This document shows, piece after piece, positions 54,847 to 64,000 of a stretch of DNA of 64,000 nucleotides. Both the position numbers and the translations under genes were made by a program. A model generated the notes under the pieces. That model made no database searches. It worked only from the letters and a program-made list of their open reading frames with translations, and was not told the DNA's origin. The DNA is from Eledone cirrhosa (lineage: Eukaryota). The stretch covers positions 181,164,001 through 181,228,000 of the forward strand of contig OZ024740.1 of assembly GCA_964016885.1 (NCBI GenBank), given 5' to 3'. Each line of letters begins with the position of its first letter. Within the stretch, counting starts at the first letter, position 1.

Positions 54847-57350
54847 CATATACATATATGTATATGCACATATATATAAAAACATGCTTACACACAGACA
54901 GACACACTTGCGTTGGTTCGAGAGGGAAGGTATGTGTTGGCGGTGTTGATGAAGTTAATGGATGTTGAGGTATGGTGCTGGTGTTGGAGTTGTGAGCGAC
55001 AAAAATATACATGATCTAATAATACGATGGTTTACAGGTTAAAAGGAGGCATACGGAACGCGGGGGAAAAAAGTTTATGGACGTATAGCGATGTGTGCTG
55101 TGGTCATGTTGGTGCTGGTGCATGTTGGTGGTGCTGGGGTGATATGTTCAACAAAATGATTACATGATCAGATGTTACGGTGGGTTACAGTGTAAGGCAG
55201 ACGGAGGGCGGATATAACACAGTAGATCTGGGAGTGAGGGATGATATGTGTTGATGATTTTAATGATTGTTGAAGTATGGGGATGTATCTAGTGGTGGCG
55301 GTGGTGGTGTGTGCGACAGTACATTTACAGGGTCGAATTTAGCGTGGCGTTGTAGGTTAGGATACACAGAGGAAACATGGGGGTATAAGGTTGCGGGTGT
55401 GGAGGGTAGACATATGACGATGTGTGCTGTGGTGGCGATGGTTTGATATGATCGACATTATATTTACAGGATCAGATGTTACTATGGTTTGCAAGGTAAA
55501 ACCTGGCAGAGAGGACAGATAGAACACAATGTTGCAAGGATGAGGAGGGTATGGCGATGTGATTTTTGGTAGGGGTGTTGTGTGCGGCATGATATACAAA
55601 ATACGGGCTTACAAATGGTTACATGCAATACAATAAGATAAATTCATTGAGATGGGCGATGGTGAGACGGGGCAGAGGTGGTTATTATTATGCTGTGTGC
55701 GGCCCTCCCCCGAATGTTTGTGCGGAAAATGTGTTCAGCCTGGTGTGTCTGCACTTGACAATTATGTCCGACCTATAGTTTATGGTAGATGTTAATTTAA
55801 TTATTTCTGCTGCCTCAGCCAGGCATAACCTGCAGTGGTTTCTGTCACTGGAGAGTTGTGCCATGCGTCTTTTCACTGACCACGAGAACTGGGGTTCGAT
55901 GTTCCTGTCCTTGAGGTCACAGATCAAATCGGCCAGTCTGGTTTGGGATCGTTTCAGCCTATGTTTAAAGGAGCTTCTATGGTTATACCAGCGCTCCTTA
56001 AACGTAGTGGATGTCGCACCTATATATGAGTATTCTTTATTGCCGGCTGTGACATCACACCGGTAAACAATATTTTTAACGAGGCACTCCCCGTTTAATG
56101 GGCATTCGATCCGTTTTTTGCAGTTGCAGTTGGGTGTAACCGGTGTGGTGACACGTTGGCGGATGGTGGCATGCGGTGTGGATCTGGGATGTGGGTTGTT
56201 GTGTTGTGTTGTGTGTGTCGTTTCGTTGTGGATTGTGGTGGTGGTTTGTTGTGGGGCAACCATGTGTTTTCGTATTTTTGTCCTATTAGTGCTGTGGAGA
56301 AAGAGAATTTTACACTGTGTTGCAGTTGGGTGTAACCGGTGTGGTGACACGTTGGCGGATGGTGGCATGCGGTGTGGATCTGGTATGTGGGTTGTTGTGT
56401 TGTGATTTGTGTGTCGTTTCGTTCTGGATTGTGGTGGTGGTTTGTTGTGGGGCAACCATGTGTTTTCGTATTTTTGTCCTATTAGTGTGTGCTATTGTGT
56501 GGCATAGATTTGGTGCTGTGGAGAAAGAGAATTTTACACTGTGTCTATTGAAGAGCTTGTGGTATTTATGTGTGCGTGGAAAAGATTGTTCGAGAGCCCT
56601 GAAGAAGGTTCCCGGTATATTGGTGGCAACGTGTATAGAATACGGGGCGCTGTACCATGTGACATGTCTACTTCGGGTTCTGCGGTGTTTGTGAGGTTTT
56701 TGTGGCTGGGTGGTAGTTTGGGTGCGTTTTGGTCAGGCGTATGTGTCATAGGGGTTCCAAATAGTCTATTGGCGTTATATCTTTTGTCTCAATTGCTACG
56801 CAAACTTGTGCGATAGTCGGGGTCCTTATTGGGGTTTGAGAGTATGGCTTTATCTCCTTGACAGATGTGTGTGACGCTGGCTGTCCTGCCGGCTTCGGAG
56901 GGTCTTACGTTATTATTTGTCTTAGGTGTGGTGACTTCTTCTATGTTCGTTTCTAAGGGTCCGGTTATGTTTAGCGGCGTTACGATTCTATTTGGGTAGA
57001 TGTAAGAAATCTTCTCAGTGTAATCAGCGTTTACAAGTGCGGAGTTGTAGTATTCCGCGTGTTGGTTGAAGATATTTTTATTAGCCGACAGGGTGGACAC
57101 GCTATTGGAGACGCTTTTAACTATTGAGTTAATTATGCTCCTAGGGTGGTTGGAGTTTCTGTTGACGTATTTGAGATTTTCATTAGGTTTGTGGAATGGA
57201 CGGTAGAGGCCTGAGTCTAATTCTAGGGTGACATCTAAGAAGTTTACTGTCTTATTGTTAGGTTCAATTTCTACCGCTAATCCTTGGGTCTTAAAGATGT
57301 ACCTAAGTCGTTTGTGTAGTCTATCTAATTGGCTATTATTGAGTCCACGG
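53751..57350 (-). mobile_element. 5'-truncated PLE with long CA-rich 3' region
   Basis: Coding remnant at 55688-57350; terminus 53751-54000 is homologous to 9841-10100. Continuity across the 54420-54900 microsatellite is inferred. Confidence 0.7.
55688..57350 (-). pseudogene. PLE RT C-terminus and GIY-YIG endonuclease with ~200-bp internal tandem duplication
   Basis: [35 protein letters not shown]; CNCKKRIECPLNGECLVKNIVYRCDV...YIGATSTTFKERWYNHRSSF; CRLCLAE. Segment ~56120-56317 is duplicated at ~56319-56538. Confidence 0.88.
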
Positions 57351-57513
57351 GTATATATATATATATACATATATACACACACACACACACACACATACAC
57401 ACAAACATACACTCACACACACATATATATATATATATATATACATATATATATACATATATATATGGATATATATATATATATATATATATTAATATAT
57501 ATACATATACATA

Positions 57514-57595
<82 letters not shown>

Positions 57596-57637
57596 CAGGT
57601 ATATAAATATACATATATACGTGTCAATATATGTATG

Positions 57638-57727
<90 letters not shown>

Positions 57728-58981
57728 TAGGATATGTGTTCCTTCACGCACAAGGCGCTAAGGTACGCATGTATTGTCCAACCAAATGCCAGTGTGGTTC
57801 AATGGCGGGTTAATAAATTAACGAGCCAGAACAAATATAAACAAGGTTTAGCAAATAATGAAAAAGTTTCAAAATAAATTTTAAAAAATTGACTTTACCT
57901 ACTATAGTTACCTTTACCGATCGGTTTCGAATCCCAAAAATAAAACGGAGACCATACGGCCTTCGTTGCAAAGAAAGATTCTCGTCAGAAGGTTCTTTTT
58001 ATTCAAAGAATATAAAATTCCTGAATTTAAATTACAGACTAGCGCTATCAAAACTGTTCCTGGGATGAGAGTGGATGATGTAGAAACAGGTTTATCAAGG
58101 GCCGAAGCAAAGATAGAGGCAGAAGGAGGTAGGTCAAACCAGCCACAGCTATCACTAGCAGCAGTCGGGGCGACCAAATTTGTTCTCAACATTAGAGGAG
58201 ATAGTAGTAATAGGATATGTGTTCCTTCACGCACAAGGCGCTAAGGTACGCATGTATTGTCCAACCAAATGCCAGTGTGGTTCATTGAAGTTTGCTTAAA
58301 GCATTGTGGAATAATAGGTAAATATCTTTAAGTCGTTTGGAAGCCTCGACAATGCAAATGGCTAAATCTCCGGGTAACAAGATCCGGTGGTGGAGAGAGA
58401 GATGTAAGTGGGTGTACGTTGAGATGCGTGGCGTGTATAAGACGTGTAGAGGAATGAAGGAAAGAGTATAAAGGATAAAATAAAAATAACTAGACGAGAG
58501 AGAGTTACCTTGGGAGAGATTTAATTGTCCCTATATATTTCGGATTCACATCCATCAACTGGGGTTTTTTCCGGGATGGGGGAAAGGTTGTCTGTCGGAA
58601 AGGTGCGAAACGCGTCCTCCGCCGTTTGTTGTTTTGAATCAACAAACAATAAAACAACTTTCAAAACAACAAACAGCAGAGGACGCGTTTCGCACCTTTC
58701 CGACAGACAACCTTTCCCCCACCATGGAAAAACCCCCAGTTGATGGATGTGAATCCGAAATATATAGGGACAATTAAATCTCTCCCAAGGTAACTCTCTC
58801 TCGTGTTGTTATTTTAATGTTATCCTTTATACTCTTACCTTCATTCCTCTACACGTCTTATACACGCCACGCATCACAACGTACACCCACTTACATCTCT
58901 TTCTCCACCACCGGATCTTGTTACCCGGAGATTTACCCATTTGCATTGTCGAGTCTTCCAAACGACTTAAACGTATTTACC
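57728..58981. mobile_element. Composite PLE-end insertion: duplicated 74-nt tail, HHR unit and 322-bp-arm foldback
   Basis: TAGGATATGTGTTCCTTCACG...GTGTGGTTCA at 57728-57801 and 58211-58284; arms 58317-58638 and 58660-58981. Confidence 0.82.
57910..57993 (-). ncRNA. Type I hammerhead ribozyme, canonical core
   Basis: ACCUU-CUGACGA-GAAUC...GAUUC-GAAAC-CGAUCG-GUA-AAGGU. Confidence 0.85.
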
Positions 58982-58994
58982 CATATATATATAT

Positions 58995-61255
58995 CGTTAA
59001 TTTGTTTAGCAAAATTATTTATCTGAAAACGTGTGTTGAGACCGATATTGTTATACTTTGGGAGGGTTATGTTGCCAATAAGTAACACACGCACCATTTG
59101 CTTTCACTCCAATTTATTATAAATAAAATTGTTTTTTTTCTTTTTTAAAAAAAAATTATGAATTTCCGGTTGGTTCGTTGTTTCCACAACCGGAATGTTG
59201 TTCATATATTGTCAAAGTGCTTTCGTCAAACATTATGTGACCTCTTCAGTGACTGGGGATTATTTACTTTGCTTTGTGCCTCTCCTTTGTTCTGTCCTAC
59301 GCCATCTTGTTTTTGTGTGTGTTGTGTGCTTAGTTTGCGCATGTGTTACATCCGGGTGTCTGTGTGTGTTTTTATTTGTTTATTATTTGTCTATTTACCT
59401 GTTACTGGTTGGTTGTTTGTTCTGTGGGTGTGTATTTTCATTTTGTCCTTAATTGTAAGTTGTGATGTTGCTCTTCTGTTCATGTTTTCTATTTAATTTT
59501 GGTTGGAGTTCATTTATGTTTATTGCCTCTGTGATTTGTCTAAACATTGCTTTTTTTCTGTGTGTAGATTTTATTTTTATTTCTATGTTCTCTAATTTGC
59601 CCTTATGTTCTATTTTAGCATGTTGGTGGAGTATTGATGGTTATTTTCCATCTTGAAGCTCTCGCCAATGTTCATTTAACGGTTCTCCTATACTACGAGC
59701 TGTCTCACCTATGTACACTATATTCCTATATTTACAATGTTCTTTTGTACATTTTATGCTATATACTATATTTCTGGTTTTACAGTTAATATGGGGGCTT
59801 AGTTTACAGATTATGCATTTCTTATCTATACAGGGATTTTTGAAAATGCTATGTATTACTAATACGTGTTTTTATGGAGGTACCTGGTCTTTCTACTATC
59901 TTAATATTAAGTTTAAGTTCATATAGGACCCTTCTAAATATGTAAGCTAATTCACCTCTAGGGGTTGTATTGATGGACAATACACTCTGGTATTTATTGC
60001 TGTCTTACATTGAGTTTATTCTATTAACGTTATTCCTAGTTCTTTCAATTCTATTCCAAAATTTGCTCTTATACAAGGGCTAGGTCCCATTTGTATAATT
60101 ATTTACCATTTCTCACCCATTTGGGGTTCTTTGGGGTTGCACATGCGGGACACGTTTCTCATCACCCGTGCTAAATCCGCAATCAGTATGTTGATTTTGG
60201 TGTGATCCGAAACTGCTGAGTTTCGGTGTATCAGATATTTGGAAGTCATGGGTTTGGCATAATGGGAATGGAGGATTCTTTTTGTTATTAATGGTTTCTA
60301 ACCAGAGCTCTGTGTCTAGTACAGGTAATCGATAGTTGGGGGTGTTTGCTTGGGTAGTCTATAGTAACTCTAATACTCTGGTGGATGGAATTAGCTATTT
60401 GCTGGATGCTTTCCATTGTGTTTTTCTCTAATTCCTGACTGTTCTCTACTGGGGGCGTTTTTACTACGATGTTAATATCATCAACGTAGCGAGAGTACAT
60501 TATCAGTGTTAAGAGGTTGCTGTCTTCTAATTGTTATTTAAGTTTATTGTCCCACCATGCCATGAACAGGTTAGCTATGTCACCTGCAATGCTAACACCA
60601 ATGGTTGCACCCTCCTCTTGGGCATAAGTTTTTTCCATTAAATTTGAACATATGTTCCTTAAGGGTTAGTTTTATACTGGCCCCCATCGCATGTGCAATC
60701 GTTTTCTTTAGTTCATCGTGATTTTCGAGGGTCCGTATGGCTCTGGTCCACCCGTTCCACCTTTCTGTGTCGGTTTTCTTCGCCATTGAGCTAATGGTAG
60801 GTGGTCTGCCGCTTGATTGTCTTGTGTGGCAGAGGTTGCTAAGGTCATACGTATCTAGATAACCATTACTGTAAGTAAGTTTAAGTAGGAGTCCCAGCTC
60901 ACTTGTATCAATTCCACGGAATTCAACATTGCTCTCACTGATCATTTCTACGCATTTCTCCACAGCAAAATTCACGTCAATGGATGGATACAGGGACACA
61001 ACATCCATACTACCTATTATACAGTCTGTTAGGTCTCTAGATCGGTTATTTTCGCTGATTCTGCTGAGGAGGTCCTCCGTGTTGTCACATATATCCGTGG
61101 ACATTTCAATGATGGGCGTATGATCAGGGAGAGGAAGTAGGATAGTCTGTAGTTATTAGCAATGTTAGCTCCACAGACTGGCCGTGTTGGTGGTGCCCTT
61201 ACTAGGTCACTGTTCGTCTTATGGTCTTTTCGAAGCCCATACAACGCTGGCACGT
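58995..61255 (-). mobile_element. Degenerate PLE of a different (non-Naiad) lineage
   Basis: PALYGLRKDHK...PTRPVCGA; IIGSMDVVSLYPSID; YSRYVDDI; WHSHYAKPM; and at ~59640-59745 CKYRNIVYIGETARSIGEPLNEHW (GIY-YIG). Multiple frameshifts. Confidence 0.85.
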
Positions 61256-61544
61256 CATTGTTTCAGGCCTGGAAGTTGTTGGCAGTCCATGGACGACAAT
61301 CTATCTAACATCTTAGAGTAATGTGATCAATGAAACTCTAACTTATATGATAAATAATGTTGATGATTATATGTCAGCTATCTTGATTTTGCTCTAAACT
61401 AGCACACAGTATTGTCCTATACAGGTTGAAGTTTGAAACCATATGTAGTATGCGTTTGTGTTGAGATGTTATTCCTATAATATAAGAGTGGGCTTCTATA
61501 GAACATTACATATATTCCATTTTAATCTACATTATTTCACTCCG

Positions 61545-61675
61545 GCCCTTGCCATTCTGAGTTCAAATCCCGCCGAGGTTAGCTTTGCCTTTCATCCTTA
61601 CGGGTTCGATAAAATAAAGTACCAGTAATGTACTAGGTACTCGCTGGCCTTGTGCCAAAGGTAGAAACAATTATT
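61545..61675 (+). mobile_element. SINE copy
   Basis: CTGAGTTCAAATCCCGCCGAGG...TTTCATCCTTACGGGTTCGATAAAATAAAGTACCAGT...GGCCTTGTGCCAAAG. Confidence 0.7.
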
Positions 61676-61766
61676 TCACTCCATATGACGTCTTCTAGTT
61701 TAATTTTGTATATTGTGGTTGCTCTGATTTAATTCACTTATATTTTAACATTCATATAGTGAATAC

Positions 61767-61815
<49 letters not shown>

Positions 61816-61816
<1 letters not shown>

Positions 61817-64000
61817 TTTTCTTTATTAACCACAAGGGTTTACATAAAGTAGACATTAAGGACAGTACAGGACAATACAGGACGGTACAAATGGGCATTT
61901 CTGCGTGTAAAAAACAGAGGATGAAATAAAATAACAAAGAAAAATTCCCCAATAGGGGGGAGACTTCCGAGGGACATTTGTGGAGAAAGCCCATTAAAAG
62001 ACCACAGTGACCCTGACCACCAGGGCAAGTAACCTCTCCCAGTTTACCACCCTTAATTTACAGACACATACTCAGAGAAGGCCCATTCATTCGGGCCATA
62101 CTTGCTTCTCTCACCCATCTTTCAACAAAATGCTGGGAAGAGAGCACTTCCCTCTCTACCCTGATTTTCCTTTTCAAATGAAATTTGAAAAAGTTAATCA
62201 GGGCATCACTGAAGAGGTAAGTGCTCGTCTTCAGCCCTTTCAAACGTGTCCACCATACTATCTCTTTCGCCATGGCCACCAGACAGATAAAAACTGCCTG
62301 CCCTTCCCGGCTAAAGGAAGAGGGCGGGGCAATCCTCACGATGGACTCAGCTGTTAGCTGGATCCGTCCTACACGTGACAGCAGGTGTTCGACATAAACC
62401 CACAAGTCAGCAATGCTCGGACACTGGACGAGTGCGTGAAGGACGGTTTCGTCGCCCTGCGCGCATCTCGGACATGCCCGGCTGACGGCACCTCCATGCC
62501 TGTAGAGTTTATCCCGAACTGGCAAAGCTCCCCGGTAGCACTGCCAGGCCAGGGATTTCTGGAAGTTGTCCATAGGCCCCGGCCCGAAAGTCGTTCCGAA
62601 GAGATTGGCTAGTTGATTTTCGTCGACGCCTAGAGTTTCTCCAAGTACGTCGTCGCTCTTCCCCTCCACTAATCCCCTATAGAACGCCGAGGTGGAGTTT
62701 CCACTGATCACATTGCCCGATTGGTCGAGGGCTTTGAGCGCCTGAATACATTCCAGTCTCCAAGCGCTCCCTCTCCGTCTTCGCTTGACCCAGGACTGCA
62801 GCTCCGTCAAGGAAACGAGCTGGGGAAAAACGTGTCCAGCAAACGGCGACCACACCTGGTCACCGTCGAGGAAGAGGTGGAGATGCCATAACCTGAGCGC
62901 GTGCCTGCGCATCATCAGCCACGGCATGCCCAGCCCTCCACGTAGCGGGTGTTGACAGCAGATGGACCGCCTGAGCATCGGAGCGCGTCCTTTCCACAAG
63001 AAGCGAAAGAGCAAACGCTCCAGCGCAGTCAGGCGGGGCTTAGGACAAGGTACGACAGTCAGGCGGTAGTAGATGACGAACGCGATGTACGCATTCGCCA
63101 CCTCCGCTCGACCTTTCAGGGATAGCTTCCTCTCGGCCCATTTCTGGGTGAGAGAAGCCACCCTACTCGTCACCTCGTCCCAGTTATTGTCCGTCTGGAG
63201 ATTTGGACCGAACCAGACCCCTAGCAATTTAACCGGTCCGTCCGTCCAGCGCCCGACGACGCTGTTGGACGGCTTGGACCTGCCTCTCCAGGTGCCGAGC
63301 TGCAGGCCCACTGACTTTTCCTGGTTGATCATTGCTCCTGTCACGGCTTCGTATTCTCTTAGTGTTGTGCCGATCGGCTCGATATGTTTGGCGTTCGACA
63401 CCGCTACGGTGACATCGTCGGCATATGCTGACACGGATCTTCCGCATCCTAGTTCGCGCGGGACCCCATTCAACGTCTCCAGTTTGTGCAGTAATGGCTC
63501 GAGAGTCAATACGTACAATAGGGACGAGAGGGGACATCCTTGGCGGACCGAGCGCATGATGTTGAACGGTTCCGAAAGGTGTCCGTTCACTCTCACTACA
63601 GAGCAGATGTCGCTGTGCATGGCAGCGATCCAGCCTCTGAAGACGGGTCCAAAGCCAGCCGCCCTCAGGACTGCCGCTAGGTAACGATGGTCGACCCTAT
63701 CGAAGGCTTTCGACTGATCTAAATTGATCAAGGACCCACCCGTGCCAGGTTCCCTAGCTACCCTCTCTGCGATGTATCGCATGAGGTGGAGTTTGTCGTG
63801 GATGGATCTGTCGGGAATGGCGCATGTCTGTGCCTCTACCACCAGACCACCAACGACAAGCGCCAACCTCTTTGCTAGCACCTTGTCCAAAATCTTGAAC
63901 TCTGTATTTAGCAGAGTTATGGGCCTAAAATTATCTATGTTATCCCCCTTGTTCGGATCCGTTCTCACCAGCGCCACCGCTCCTCGGCTCACAGAGCTGG
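61816..64000 (-). mobile_element. Second copy of the L1/Tx1-type LINE (3' part, runs off the window)
   Basis: Highly similar to 27929-30130; its 3' end abuts (AAT)n at ~61768-61815. Confidence 0.9.
62058..63992 (-). CDS. LINE ORF2 RT and C-terminal region, uninterrupted within the window
   Basis: NFRPITLLNTEFK, DQSKAFDRV, RQGCPLS, YADD, CPRC...HALVQC in one 644-aa frame; the true start lies beyond the window. Confidence 0.9.
   Translation of the reverse strand: MSRGAVALVRTDPNKGDNIDNFRPITLLNTEFKILDKVLAKRLALVVGGLVVEAQTCAIPDRSIHDKLHLMRYIAERVAREPGTGGSLINLDQSKAFDRVDHRYLAAVLRAAGFGPVFRGWIAAMHSDICSVVRVNGHLSEPFNIMRSVRQGCPLSSLLYVLTLEPLLHKLETLNGVPRELGCGRSVSAYADDVTVAVSNAKHIEPIGTTLREYEAVTGAMINQEKSVGLQLGTWRGRSKPSNSVVGRWTDGPVKLLGVWFGPNLQTDNNWDEVTSRVASLTQKWAERKLSLKGRAEVANAYIAFVIYYRLTVVPCPKPRLTALERLLFRFLWKGRAPMLRRSICCQHPLRGGLGMPWLMMRRHALRLWHLHLFLDGDQVWSPFAGHVFPQLVSLTELQSWVKRRRRGSAWRLECIQALKALDQSGNVISGNSTSAFYRGLVEGKSDDVLGETLGVDENQLANLFGTTFGPGPMDNFQKSLAWQCYRGALPVRDKLYRHGGAVSRACPRCAQGDETVLHALVQCPSIADLWVYVEHLLSRVGRIQLTAESIVRIAPPSSFSREGQAVFICLVAMAKEIVWWTRLKGLKTSTYLFSDALINFFKFHLKRKIRVEREVLSSQHFVERWVREASMARMNGPSLSMCL

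Overview
Eukaryotic, AT-rich, microsatellite-saturated DNA with no confidently identifiable host gene. A recurrent SINE motif (TTTCATCC...GTCGATAAAATAAAGTACCAGT) and the (TA)n/(CA)n density suggest an octopus or other coleoid genome; this is inferred. The window is a nest of retroelements sitting in simple repeats. (1) At least eight truncated or degenerate Penelope-like element (PLE) coding fragments (RT plus GIY-YIG endonuclease; most Naiad-like, one from another lineage). (2) About twelve foldback insertions of about 200 bp to 7.7 kb. All share one asymmetric plan: (TA)n, a unique tail, an arm, an inverted arm lacking the tail, (TA)n. (3) About 15 type-I hammerhead ribozyme (HHR) motifs read by eye, including U3-A8 core variants, a three-unit ~420-nt retrozyme-like array and a 333-nt retrozyme-like monomer. 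(4) A full-length but disrupted L1/Tx1-type LINE and a second partial copy, both in (AAT)n, an internally deleted R4/Dong-like element, and a non-autonomous Helitron. The most striking observation is a 110-bp foldback at 44022-44318. All 32 arm differences are G-U pairs on the minus strand, none has a 5' G neighbour, and they disrupt a hammerhead GAAA. This is the pattern expected if an ADAR-hyperedited hairpin RNA was reverse-transcribed back into the genome. Most ORFs in the supplied track ([12 protein letters not shown]) are microsatellite artefacts. All alignments and folds were done by eye.
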